From Alphaproteobacteria bacterium (GTDB lineage Bacteria; Pseudomonadota; Alphaproteobacteria; Rhodospirillales; 2-02-FULL-58-16): a DNA stretch of 52,699 nt. Shown here piece after piece: positions 1-9,998 of this stretch. The notes beneath the pieces were generated by a model, which was not told the origin of the DNA, did no database searches, and was given only the letters and a program-made list of their open reading frames with translations. Both the position numbers and the translations under genes were made by a program. Every line of letters starts with the position of its first letter. Position 1 is the first letter of the stretch. The stretch covers positions 1 to 52,699 of the forward strand of contig JAJRSS010000014.1 in the NCBI GenBank assembly GCA_024278615.1, read 5' to 3'.

Positions 1-22
1 CCATCCAGAGGAGCATTGGCTC

Positions 23-598
23 ATGGGGCGGCCACAGGCATTTGACCGAAACGACCTGCTGGACAAGGCCATGCAGGTTTTTTGGGACAAAGGCTACGAT
101 GCGGCGTCGATCCAGGATCTTGTGGAGGCGACGGGCGTCAACCGGGGCAGCATCTATCATGCCTTCGGCGACAAGGCGAGGTTGTTCGAGGCGGTAATTG
201 AGCATTATTTGGCCGATTCCGCCGTCCGCCGGATCATCGCCACGGCCGAAACCGCATCCCCCAGGGCGGAAATCGAAGGCCTGTTCCGCCAGGCGGTGGA
301 AGCCGGCGTCACCGTCAACGCCCACCGGGGTTGCCTGATGGTCAATTCGGCGGGCGAAGGCCGTACGCGAAAGGTCGCGGACAAGGTTTCCCTGAACTCC
401 CACCTGTTGGAGGACGCCCTGACCCGGCTGGTGGAACGGGGCCAGGGAAACGGCCAAATCGTCCGCTGGCGGGATGCCCGGGCCATGGGCCGGTTCCTGA
501 ACGCCTGCATCCTGGGCATGAGCACCCGGGCCAGGATAGACCCGGACCGGGACGTCCTGCAGTCCATCGCCGACATGGCCATTTCGACCCTGGACTAA
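23..598 (+). CDS. TetR/AcrR-family transcriptional regulator
   Basis: 191-aa ORF with ATG at 23. The N-terminal HTH stretch DKGYDAASIQDLVEATGVNRGSIYHAFGDKARLF is typical of the TetR family. It is a paralogue of the ORF at 1184..1765. Confidence 0.85.
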   Translation: MGRPQAFDRNDLLDKAMQVFWDKGYDAASIQDLVEATGVNRGSIYHAFGDKARLFEAVIEHYLADSAVRRIIATAETASPRAEIEGLFRQAVEAGVTVNAHRGCLMVNSAGEGRTRKVADKVSLNSHLLEDALTRLVERGQGNGQIVRWRDARAMGRFLNACILGMSTRARIDPDRDVLQSIADMAISTLD

Positions 599-762
599 GC
601 ACCGGCGCCGAGAAGCCCATCCAATTCCGGTCATTTTTTTCTCCAACCCATATTTTTGTTGAACGTTCGGTTAATAATCCGTTGACCAAATCCCAGCGGA
701 AAGCTGTTTTCCGGATAAATTATAGAACGATCATTTAACAATTAAGAAAAAAAAGACTCCCC

Positions 763-1060
763 ATGAGAATTGAAAATTCCACCGCGCTGGTCACCGGCAC
801 CAATCGGGGCGTCGGCATGGCTTTTGTTCAGGCTTTGCTGGATGGCGGCGCCAAGCGGGTGTACACGACGGCACGCAACCCGGAAACCCTGGGCGGTGCG
901 GTCGCCGCCGTCCCAGGTCGCGAATACGGTGTTGAAAGCGGTGGCCGAGGGTACCGAGGATGTTTTCACTGACGACATGTCGACCGGCGTCTATGCCCAG
1001 TTGCTCCAAGACCCAAAGGAGGTGCGGAAGCAATTCGCCGAAATGATGCCCGCCGGTTAG
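763..1060 (+). pseudogene. Short-chain dehydrogenase/reductase (SDR) remnant with internal deletion and frameshift
   Basis: ORF 763..972 starts with an SDR Rossmann N-terminus (TALVTGTNRGVGMAFVQALLDGGAKRVYTTARNPETL), then loses similarity near nt 886. A different frame (ORF 770..1060) carries an SDR-like C-terminus from about nt 914 (VANTVLKAVAEGTEDVFTDDMSTGVYAQLLQDPKEV). The catalytic core, roughly 150 codons, is missing. Confidence 0.6.
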
Positions 1061-1183
1061 CCATGGATAATCCGGCATGGCCCGGGCTTTTCCCAGGTGC
1101 GCTTTGCTCTTCGGCGGCAACCCCTTTCTTGAACCGCCGTTCAAGAAAGGGTATCCTGCGCCAGGAGCGGGAAGGAATGGGCC

Positions 1184-1765
1184 ATGGCGCGCACCAAGGA
1201 ATTCGACCGTGATACCGTTGTCGGCAGGGCGATCGAGGTATTCTGGTCCAAGGGGTTCGAGGCGACCTCGATCCAGGACCTTGTCGATGCCATGGGCATC
1301 AACCGGGGTTCAATTTACGACACCTTCGGCGACAAGGCCGGCCTGTTCGACGAGGCGGTCGCCCAATATATCGCGCAGACACCGGCACGGCACCTAGTCG
1401 AGAACGCCAAAACCGGCGATCCCCGGAAAGAGATCGAAAAGTTCTTCGATACCGTGGTAAAAACCGGTTCCGCCGAAGGGGGCCAGCGGGGTTGCTTGTG
1501 GACCAACACCTTGACCGAACTTTGTTCCCGCAACGACCGGCTGGCGACGAAGATGAACGATGGATTGCGCCGGATCGAGGACGCCTTTTGCATTCTGATC
1601 CGCCGTGGCCAGGCTTGCGGTGAATTCCCGCCGACCCGCCGGCCCCGTACCCTGGCCCGGTTTTTCGTCGCCACCCTTCAGGGCATCCAGGCGATGTCAA
1701 AAATCAGGCCGGGCCGCAGAGCCTTGCGCGATATTGCCGATACGGCCGTTTCGCTCCTTGATTGA
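1184..1765 (+). CDS. TetR/AcrR-family transcriptional regulator (paralogue of 23..598)
   Basis: 193-aa ORF. The N-terminus SKGFEATSIQDLVDAMGINRGSIYDTFGDKAGLF aligns residue-for-residue with the first TetR ORF. Confidence 0.85.
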   Translation: MARTKEFDRDTVVGRAIEVFWSKGFEATSIQDLVDAMGINRGSIYDTFGDKAGLFDEAVAQYIAQTPARHLVENAKTGDPRKEIEKFFDTVVKTGSAEGGQRGCLWTNTLTELCSRNDRLATKMNDGLRRIEDAFCILIRRGQACGEFPPTRRPRTLARFFVATLQGIQAMSKIRPGRRALRDIADTAVSLLD

Positions 1766-1870
1766 CCGTGCCTGCCCGCCCTTCCATTCCTGGCGGGCTC
1801 CTTATTGGAATGATAATTCAAGAATAGGTTGACGCGAATTATGAGGGCCGGATATAACCAACGCCTAAAA

Positions 1871-1888
1871 TTGGAACATACGTTCCAA
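1871..1888. promoter_or_regulatory. Inverted repeat TTGGAAC-ATAC-GTTCCAA, candidate TetR operator upstream of the AhpD-like gene
   Basis: 7-bp perfect arms with a 4-bp spacer, read directly. It lies just downstream of a sigma70-like TTGACG(1829-1834)-N18-TATAAC(1853-1858) and 26 bp upstream of the ATG at 1914. Confidence 0.4.
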
Positions 1889-1913
1889 TATATATGGCTT
1901 TTACCGGAGATTT

Positions 1914-2495
1914 ATGCTCATGAGCGATTTTCAGCTGCACACCATCGACACCGCGCCCGAAGGTTCCCGGGAAATCCTCAATGCCGTGGTGAAGCGGTTC
2001 GGCTTTCTGCCCAACATTTACGCCACCTTCGCCGAGTCGCCGGCGGCGCTCAAGGCCTACGTGCAATTGACCGAAACCCTTGCCGGGGGTTCCTTCGCCG
2101 CCGACGAAATTCAACTCATGCTGCTGACGGTCAGCGCCGAAAACGGCTGTGAATACTGCGTCTCCGCCCATACCATGGTCGCCGGGATGGCCAAGCTGGA
2201 TGAAGGAACGATCAACGCCGTGCGTGACGGAACGCCGATCGAGGATAAAAAAATGGCGGCCCTGCACACGTTTACCCAATCGATGGTTCGCCTTCGCGGC
2301 AACGTTTCGGATGATCAAATCAAGGCCCTGATGGCGGCGGGCTACACCCGGGCGCATGTGCTGGAAGTGGCCCTGGCCACGTCCCTCAAGACCCTCAGCA
2401 ACTATATGAACCACTTCGCCGGGACGCCGCTGGATGAAGCTTTCGCGCCCTTCCGCTGGCAGGCGCCGAAAACCGAAAAGGCCAACGCCGCCTGA
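1914..2495 (+). CDS. Carboxymuconolactone decarboxylase / AhpD-like family protein
   Basis: 193-aa ORF with the CxxC-type motif ENGCEYCVSAHT characteristic of AhpD-like alkylhydroperoxidase/CMD proteins. An alternative ATG lies at 1920. Confidence 0.8.
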   Translation: MLMSDFQLHTIDTAPEGSREILNAVVKRFGFLPNIYATFAESPAALKAYVQLTETLAGGSFAADEIQLMLLTVSAENGCEYCVSAHTMVAGMAKLDEGTINAVRDGTPIEDKKMAALHTFTQSMVRLRGNVSDDQIKALMAAGYTRAHVLEVALATSLKTLSNYMNHFAGTPLDEAFAPFRWQAPKTEKANAA

Positions 2496-2609
2496 ACTCC
2501 TTATCGTCCTGAGGTTCTGGCCGTCCGCTACAATCCTATATGCCGCCTCGCTTGAATGTGATCCCCCGCGGGGCGGCGTTATTTTCCAGGTTCTGTTATC
2601 ATCGCCGCC

Positions 2610-3269
2610 ATGAACAACCCGCTCAACGAACAGGCCCCTGAACAGGCCCCCGGCAAGCACGTTATCTATGTAGCCGATCCCATGTGTTCATGGTGTTGGG
2701 GTTTCTCGCCGGTGATCAACGCCTTGAGCGAAAGGGTGCGGGGCCGCGCGTCCCTTTCCGTGGTCGTCGGCGGCCTGCGCCCCGGCACTACCGAAGTCAT
2801 GGACCGATCCATGAAGGGTTCCATCCGCCACCACTGGGAACAGGTGAACCAGGCCTCGGGCCAGCCCTTTGCCTTCGGCCTTTTTGACCGGGACAATTTC
2901 GTTTACGACACCGAGCCCGCCTGCCGGGCGGTGGTCACCGTACGCACGCTCAACCCCGATGCGGTGTTGCCCATGTTCGAGGCCCTGCACCGGGCCTTTT
3001 ACGTGGAAAACCGGGACATCACCACGACCGGTGAACTCGCCGCCGCCGCCCGGTCGGTGGGCGTCGATGGGGACGCCTTCGCCGAGGCTTTCCCATCGGA
3101 AGAGATGATCGACCGGACCAAGGATGATTTCCGCCTTTCCCGCAAGCTCGGCGTCACCGGTTTTCCCACCGTGGTGGTGCGGGATGAAAGCGGCTATGCT
3201 TTCCTCACCGTCGGCTACCAGCCCTTCGAAGCCCTGGAGCAACTCCTGGAGCCCTGGCTGGACACTTGA
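2610..3269 (+). CDS. DsbA-family thioredoxin-fold protein
   Basis: 219-aa ORF. The N-terminal active-site-like motif YVADPMCSWCWGF (CxxC) and the GVTGFPT motif near the C-terminus are typical of the DsbA/FrnE-like family. Confidence 0.75.
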   Translation: MNNPLNEQAPEQAPGKHVIYVADPMCSWCWGFSPVINALSERVRGRASLSVVVGGLRPGTTEVMDRSMKGSIRHHWEQVNQASGQPFAFGLFDRDNFVYDTEPACRAVVTVRTLNPDAVLPMFEALHRAFYVENRDITTTGELAAAARSVGVDGDAFAEAFPSEEMIDRTKDDFRLSRKLGVTGFPTVVVRDESGYAFLTVGYQPFEALEQLLEPWLDT

Positions 3270-3290
3270 ACCCGCCGGCTATTCACTAGG

Positions 3291-3319
3291 CTTGCACCCT
3301 TAATCCCGTTCCCTATACT
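3291..3319 (+). promoter_or_regulatory. Candidate sigma70-type promoter of argG (CTTGCA-N17-TATACT)
   Basis: Hexamers read directly: -35 at 3291-3296 and -10 at 3314-3319, about 48 bp upstream of the argG ATG. Confidence 0.35.
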
Positions 3320-3366
3320 GCGCCCGCTTCCTGCTTTTTTGGCTATTTTCGTCAAGGATTTCACTC

Positions 3367-4578
<1,212 letters not shown>

Positions 4579-4891
4579 CGGAAAGACTTCCAAATCCCCT
4601 CGGCCTGGATTTTCCAGTTGACGATCATCATACGGTCCGCCGGTTTTCCCCAATTCCAGTGGGAATTGGTTGGTAAAGCGCACTATCCGGTACCCAGTCC
4701 TCCTGGTTCGAGTTTTCTGCCCTGGTTCCCGGATCGCAAGTTTCGCCACATTAAGGCCTTCGGTCTTCAGGGCTTAACATAACGTCCGGGATGACAATGG
4801 CGAGTGGCAGGCAACCTGGAATATTTCAGTCAATTAACTGGCTGAAATTAACAAACGAAGAATACTCCATTAATATCAACATATTAACCCC

Positions 4892-5503
4892 CTACCCTAA
4901 AATCGCCTCCACCCTCTTTCTCAACTCCGGCACCAGTTCGGCCTCGAACCACGGGTTCTTTTTAAGCCAGCCGGTGTTGCGCCAACTGGGATGGGGCAGG
5001 GGCAGGAAGCGGGGGGCGTATTCCAGCCAGGCGCGCACGGTTTCGGTCAGGCTCCCTTTCACCCTTTCACCCAGGTAATGTTTCTGGGCGTAGGCGCCGA
5101 TCAACAGGGTCAGTTGGATATGGGGAAGGTGGGCCGCGAGGGCTTCATGCCAGCGGCGGGCGCAATCGGGCCGGGGCGGGTTGTCGCCGCCACGCGCGTC
5201 GCGGCCCGGATAGCAAAACCCCATGGGGATAATGGCGATGCGCTTGGCGTCGTAAAAGGTCTCCCGCTCCATTCGCAGCCACCGGCGAAGCCGGTCGCCG
5301 GACGGATCGTTCCACGGGATCCCCGTTTCATGGACCCGCGTCCCCGGCGCCTGGCCGACGATCAGCAGGCGGGCGGAGGCGGCGGCCCGGAGGACCGGCC
5401 TGGGCCCCAGGGGCAGGTGTTCGGCGCACAGGGCGCAGGCACTGATTTCTTCCAGCAGGTCTGGCAGCAGGTCTGGCAGCAGGGCATGGGGGCCGCTCAC
5501 CAT
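4892..5503 (-). CDS. Uracil-DNA glycosylase superfamily protein
   Basis: C-terminal 203 aa of track ORF 4892..5836. Motifs LLIVGQAPG and LPLPHPSWRN are present. The start was reset to the ATG at 5503..5501 (MVSGPHALL...) because the upstream part of the ORF overlaps cobB in another frame. Confidence 0.8.
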   Translation of the reverse strand: MVSGPHALLPDLLPDLLEEISACALCAEHLPLGPRPVLRAAASARLLIVGQAPGTRVHETGIPWNDPSGDRLRRWLRMERETFYDAKRIAIIPMGFCYPGRDARGGDNPPRPDCARRWHEALAAHLPHIQLTLLIGAYAQKHYLGERVKGSLTETVRAWLEYAPRFLPLPHPSWRNTGWLKKNPWFEAELVPELRKRVEAILG

Positions 5504-6240
5504 CCCTCCGCCAGGATTCGCCCGACGAACGCCGGCACCACTTTCGTCGCTGGGCCATGGAGAGTCTCGGCGAACAGGCTGGCGCCCTCCGATGGCTCCA
5601 GGTTGAGTTCCACCGTCCGGGCGCCGCCGGCCATGCGCACGTGGCGGACGAAACCGGCGGCCGGATAGACACTGCCCGACGTGCCGATGGAAATGAACAA
5701 GGCGCATTGGTTGAGCGCCTCGTAAGTGCGCTCCATATCCAAGGGCATTTCGCCGAACCACACCACATGGGGACGAAGGCCGCCCACCGATTTGCAGGCG
5801 CCGCAGGCGTGCTCGCGGCCCAGGTCCCGGCGCCATTCCACCACATGGCCGCAGGCGGCACAGCGCGCCTTCAGCAATTCACCGTGCATGTGAAGCAGGT
5901 TGCGGCTGCCCGCCCGCTCGTGCAGGTCATCGATATTCTGCGTGACGATGAACACTTCCCCCGCCCATTCCGCTTCCAGCCGGGCCAGGGCCGCGTGGGC
6001 GGCGTTGGGCCGCACCGTCCCCGACGCCAGGCGGCTCCGCCGGGCGTTGTAAAAGGCGTGCACCGCTTCCGGGTCGCGGGCGAAGGCTTCCGGCGTCGCC
6101 ACGTCCTCGATGCGCACCTTGGCCCAGATGCCATCGGCGTCGCGAAAGGTATCCAGCCCCGATTCCTTGGAAATGCCGGCGCCGGTCAGAATGACGATGT
6201 TTTGGCGGTTCTTTTTCACGGTTGCCTGTATAAAGGTCAT
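5497..6240 (-). CDS. cobB: NAD-dependent protein deacylase (Sir2/CobB family)
   Basis: 247-aa ORF with GAGISKESGLDTFR, QNIDDLHERAG, catalytic HMHGEL and a zinc-binding CxxC...CxxC (CAACGH...CGAC). Confidence 0.92.
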   Translation of the reverse strand: MTFIQATVKKNRQNIVILTGAGISKESGLDTFRDADGIWAKVRIEDVATPEAFARDPEAVHAFYNARRSRLASGTVRPNAAHAALARLEAEWAGEVFIVTQNIDDLHERAGSRNLLHMHGELLKARCAACGHVVEWRRDLGREHACGACKSVGGLRPHVVWFGEMPLDMERTYEALNQCALFISIGTSGSVYPAAGFVRHVRMAGGARTVELNLEPSEGASLFAETLHGPATKVVPAFVGRILAEGW

Positions 6241-6288
6241 TGGCGGTGGGTGGGACGATCATAGCCCAACCCGTCATGGAGTGGCCAA

Positions 6289-6789
6289 TTGGGGAAAGCC
6301 ATTGAGGGACAGTTCTTGATCGGCGTTGTATTCGTCTGCATGGGCAACATCTGTCGCTCGCCGACGGCGGAAGGGGTCTTCCGCGCCCTGGTCGAGCGGG
6401 AGAACCTGGCCGACAGGATCGCCATCGATTCCGCCGGCACCCACGCCTACCACGTGGGCGAGCCGCCGGATTCCCGCTCCCAGGCGGCGGCCCGCGAACG
6501 GGGCGTGGATTTAAGCGGCCAGCGGGCGAGAAAGGCGACGGCGGCGGATTTCGCCCGTTTCGATTACGTCATCGCCATGGACCCGGACAACCGCGCCCTG
6601 CTGGCGGCCTTGTGTCCCAGCGGCGAGGAACACCGGCTCAGGCTGTTCCTGGAATTCGCTCCCGGCGCCGGGCGGCGCGATGTCCCCGATCCCTATTACG
6701 GCGGCGGCCGGGGGTTTGACGAGGTCCTCGACCTGGTGGAACAGGCGTCCGAGGGCCTGTTGGCCCACATCCGCGAAAATCACCTCTGA
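6289..6789 (+). CDS. Low-molecular-weight protein-tyrosine phosphatase
   Basis: 166-aa ORF with the P-loop VCMGNICRSPTAEG and DPYYGG. The true start may be the TTG at 6316, which would put the P-loop at the usual distance from the N-terminus. Confidence 0.88.
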   Translation: MGKAIEGQFLIGVVFVCMGNICRSPTAEGVFRALVERENLADRIAIDSAGTHAYHVGEPPDSRSQAAARERGVDLSGQRARKATAADFARFDYVIAMDPDNRALLAALCPSGEEHRLRLFLEFAPGAGRRDVPDPYYGGGRGFDEVLDLVEQASEGLLAHIRENHL

Positions 6790-6790
6790 T

Positions 6791-7663
6791 ATGATCGGCC
6801 GGCAGGCGGAACAGGCCATCGCCCGAATTGCCGGCGAACGGTTCAACGGCGCCCGGCCGCGCCGCTTCGCGCCCCTGGGCGGCGGCTGTGTCGCCGATGT
6901 CTGCCGGGTGGACCTGGATGACGGCAATATCCTGGTGGCCAAGGTCGGCGATCCCGGTGGCGGCCTGGACCTGGAAGGGTTCATGCTCGGCTACCTGGCC
7001 GAACACGGCGCACTCCCCGTGCCCCGGGTGCTGCACGCCGAAGACCGGTTTTTGTTGATGACCTACATCGAAACCTCCGGCGGCCTTACCGCCGCGGCCC
7101 AGGAACACGCCGCCGGTCTTGTCGCCGCCTTGCATGACGTCAGCGGGGAGGCCTTCGGCTTTGAACGCGATACCCTGATCGGCGGCCTGCACCAGCCCAA
7201 CCCGTGGACGCCGCGCTGGGTCGATTTCTTCCGCGACCAGCGGCTGTTGCACATGGGACGCCAGGCCCTGGACGCCGGCCGCCTGCCGTCGCGGCTCATG
7301 GGGCGGCTGGAAACCCTGTGCGGGCGGCTAGGGCAATGGCTTGAAGAACCGGCCCGGCCCTCGCTACTGCACGGGGACATGTGGACGGGCAACGTGCTTT
7401 GCCATTCGGGCCGCATCGCCGGCTTCATCGATCCGGCCATCTATTTCGGCGATGGGGAAATCGAACTGGCCTTCGCCACCCTCTTCGGCACCTTCGGTGA
7501 ACCCTTCTTCAACGCTTACCGGGAATTGCGGCCCCTGCGCCCGGGCTTCTTCGAGGAACGCTGCGATCTTTACAATCTTTATCCCCTGCTGGTTCACGTG
7601 CGCCTGTTCGGCGGCTCTTACGTCGGTTCGGTGGAAAACGCATTGGGAAAATTCGGATGCTGA
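6791..7663 (+). CDS. Fructosamine/ketosamine-3-kinase family protein
   Basis: C-terminal 290 aa of ORF 6680..7663. The start was reset to the ATG at 6791, 1 nt after the PTP stop. Kinase motifs LLHGDMWTGNVL and FIDPAIYFGDGEIELA are present. Confidence 0.85.
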   Translation: MIGRQAEQAIARIAGERFNGARPRRFAPLGGGCVADVCRVDLDDGNILVAKVGDPGGGLDLEGFMLGYLAEHGALPVPRVLHAEDRFLLMTYIETSGGLTAAAQEHAAGLVAALHDVSGEAFGFERDTLIGGLHQPNPWTPRWVDFFRDQRLLHMGRQALDAGRLPSRLMGRLETLCGRLGQWLEEPARPSLLHGDMWTGNVLCHSGRIAGFIDPAIYFGDGEIELAFATLFGTFGEPFFNAYRELRPLRPGFFEERCDLYNLYPLLVHVRLFGGSYVGSVENALGKFGC

Positions 7664-8313
7664 AAAAATTGGTGATCTTCGATTGCGACGGCGTGCTGGT
7701 GGACAGCGAGATGATCGCCAACCGGGGCCTTGCCGAACTGATGACCGGCTGGGGCCATCCGGCAACGGCGGAAGACTGCATCGCCCGCTTCGCCGGCCTG
7801 AGCCTTGCCGCGGTCAGGGACCTGGTCGAATCCGGTGGCGGCCCTCCCCTGCCCGATGATTTCGCCGAACAGATCCGTGCCCGTGACCTGATCGCCTTCG
7901 GGGAAGAACTCGAAGCCATCCCCGGCGTCGAAGACGCCCTCGAAGCCATCGCCCTTCCCCGCTGCGTGGCGTCCTCGGGCATGCCGGAAAAAATCGTCAA
8001 TTCCCTGGCCATCACCGGCCTGCTGCCCTATTTCGAACCGCACCTGTTCAGCGCCGCGATGGTCGCCCGCGGCAAGCCGGCACCGGACCTGTTTCTCCAC
8101 GCGGCGGAACAAATGAACGTGCGGCCCGAGGACGCGGCGGTGGTCGAGGACAGCCCTCCCGGTATTCAGGCAGCGCGGGCCGCCGGCATGACCGTGCTGG
8201 GCTTTTGCGGCGCCAGCCACGCCGGCCCCGGCCACGGTGAAATGCTGCTGGCCGCCGGCGCCCACCGGGTCTTCCACGCCATGGCGGACCTGCCCGAAGT
8301 GCTGGGCGCTTAA
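7657..8313 (+). CDS. HAD-IA family hydrolase/phosphatase
   Basis: 218-aa ORF with HAD motif I (VIFDCDGVLVDSE). Its ATG overlaps the upstream stop (ATGCTGA at 7657-7663). Confidence 0.85.
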   Translation: MLKKLVIFDCDGVLVDSEMIANRGLAELMTGWGHPATAEDCIARFAGLSLAAVRDLVESGGGPPLPDDFAEQIRARDLIAFGEELEAIPGVEDALEAIALPRCVASSGMPEKIVNSLAITGLLPYFEPHLFSAAMVARGKPAPDLFLHAAEQMNVRPEDAAVVEDSPPGIQAARAAGMTVLGFCGASHAGPGHGEMLLAAGAHRVFHAMADLPEVLGA

Positions 8314-8849
8314 ACGTTCCCCAAAGGGTACTCAGCCAGGGATTCGTAATGGGCGCCCTTGTGGCCCAGATGGCTGCGGTAAAGGGTAAAGGCGGAAACC
8401 GTAAACGGCCCGGCCCTGAAGGCGCCGCCCTGTTCCAGGTATTCTCCGACCCGGTCCGCCGGCGTTCCCTTCAGGCGGGCGATGGTGACGTGGGGCTTGA
8501 ACTTGCGGCCCCGCGGCTCGAACCCGGCCCGCGCCACCGCCGATTCCACTTTTTCCTGAAGGTGGACCAGGCTGGGATTGGCGGCGATCCCCGCCCACAG
8601 GGCACGTACCTTGCGCGCCGAACCGAAGGATCCCAGGCCGGCAAGGGTCAGGGTGAAGGCGGGGGCTTCGATGCCGCCGAGGGTTTGATGCAGGATGTCG
8701 GCTTGGTCACCCGGAACTTCACCGATGAAGCGCAACGTGATGTGCATGTTGGCCGGTTCCACCCAGCGGGCGTTGGGCAGGCCCGAACAAAGCCCGGCCA
8801 GCCGCTGGCGTACTTCGCCGGGCAGGGCTATGCCGATAAAAAGGCGCAT
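8310..8849 (-). CDS. thpR: RNA 2',3'-cyclic phosphodiesterase (2H phosphoesterase, LigT/ThpR)
   Basis: 179-aa ORF with the two HxT motifs (MHITLRF, PHVTIAR) of the 2H family. Confidence 0.88.
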   Translation of the reverse strand: MRLFIGIALPGEVRQRLAGLCSGLPNARWVEPANMHITLRFIGEVPGDQADILHQTLGGIEAPAFTLTLAGLGSFGSARKVRALWAGIAANPSLVHLQEKVESAVARAGFEPRGRKFKPHVTIARLKGTPADRVGEYLEQGGAFRAGPFTVSAFTLYRSHLGHKGAHYESLAEYPLGNV

Positions 8850-8882
8850 GATTCCATTCGCGGCATTCGTTATTCAAAAGCG

Positions 8883-9998
8883 TTAAAGGAACAGGGTCAG
8901 CACGCCCGTATAGGCATAAAGCCGGCTGTTGGAAATTTCCCCGCCGGCGGAAAATCCGACCAGGGGAAAATCGCCCAATCCTTCGCGCACCAGCGCCAGC
9001 TCCCGGCCCGCCTCCTCGAACATGTTGGGACCCCGGGCGATGCAGGAAACGTATATCCCGCCTTTCGGCGGATGGGGCAGGCGGCGCTTCAGTTTATCCA
9101 TCTGTTCGGTCAGGTCCCGGGCGGCGGTTTCCGGATCGCGGCGGACGAACAACACCCGGTCCCCCGGTTCTATGGCGCCGGCGATGGCCAGCCACCCCCG
9201 GGCCGTGTCGATGCCGACCAGATCGCGCACCAGGTAATCGCCGGTATCCGAGCCCTCGATGGGCAGGGCGGCGTGAATCTGCCCTGCGACCTGGCTCAGG
9301 TCGGTGGCCAGGGTTTCGCCGATGTCCTGCTTGAACACACCCAGGGCGCGCTCGCCGTCCAGGCCGATGATGACATTGTCCAGGCAATCCGAGATCACGT
9401 GGCTTTCGGCCAGGGGCTGGCACCCCTGGCTCAGGCCCGTGGCCACCTCCACCTCCGGCGAAAACAAAATCCCCGACAAGCCGCCGCCGGTAATGCGGTC
9501 CGCCACCTGATGGCATGAGGACCGGGACGAGGTCAGCCCGCCGACCAGGAACCCCGATGTGATCCGGGCCAGGTCGTCGATCAATTCCGGCGTCTTGGGG
9601 TTGTTGGGGTCACCGTGGACCATGCCGAACACCGGCGATGACCTGCCGATCCAGTCCTTCAGGTCTTCGGACAGCTGATCGGTGCTTTCACTGATGCTGG
9701 GAACGACGCGGAACGATTCCTCCGCCACCTGCGCCGCCATCACCGCCAGCGCCGGGCAATCGAAATATTCAGTGGCGCCGGCGGAAATACCCATGCCGAC
9801 GCTGCCCACCCAATGATCGATATGGGTCTTTTGGCGCAGGTAGGTGAGGATGCTGGAAAAATCCTCGGCCAGTTCATCGGTGGCGTAAACGAAGCCTAAG
9901 TTGGCCTCGGGCGGCAGGTCCGCCAACCGGTCCGTGCAGGCCTTGGCGGCGTGGGCCCAATCTTCGGCGGCGACGTGGGCGACCGGGAATATCTTCAC
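8883..9998 (-). CDS. FIST-domain signal-sensing protein (no output domain)
   Basis: 371-aa ORF whose overall pattern resembles FIST_N/FIST_C proteins (LGFVYATDELAEDF..., ...GFSAGGEISN near the C-terminus). Recognition is from memory of the family only. Confidence 0.7.
   Translation of the reverse strand: MKIFPVAHVAAEDWAHAAKACTDRLADLPPEANLGFVYATDELAEDFSSILTYLRQKTHIDHWVGSVGMGISAGATEYFDCPALAVMAAQVAEESFRVVPSISESTDQLSEDLKDWIGRSSPVFGMVHGDPNNPKTPELIDDLARITSGFLVGGLTSSRSSCHQVADRITGGGLSGILFSPEVEVATGLSQGCQPLAESHVISDCLDNVIIGLDGERALGVFKQDIGETLATDLSQVAGQIHAALPIEGSDTGDYLVRDLVGIDTARGWLAIAGAIEPGDRVLFVRRDPETAARDLTEQMDKLKRRLPHPPKGGIYVSCIARGPNMFEEAGRELALVREGLGDFPLVGFSAGGEISNSRLYAYTGVLTLFL

Noticed and set aside
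4580-4891. AT-richer 310-bp gap between convergent argG and the UDG gene. It contains palindromes CCAATTCC-AGTG-GGAATTGG (4650-4669) and ATTTCAG-12 nt-CTGAAAT (about 4821-4846), which were considered as terminators or a small gene.
   Set aside because: There are no U-tracts after the stems and no ORF with a plausible start or RBS. These are probably ordinary convergent-gene spacer structures. They are noted here rather than called.
5497-6240. The Sir2-family gene as a possible anti-phage defence sirtuin (Thoeris/DSR-like).
   Set aside because: At 247 aa it is a canonical CobB, with the zinc CxxC...CxxC and catalytic His and no SLOG, TIR or large N-terminal effector partner. The neighbouring genes are housekeeping.
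8310-8313. Convergent HAD and thpR genes share their stop codons within the palindrome TTAA.
   Set aside because: The overlap is real, but it is a trivial consequence of TAA stops on both strands. No functional inference is justified.
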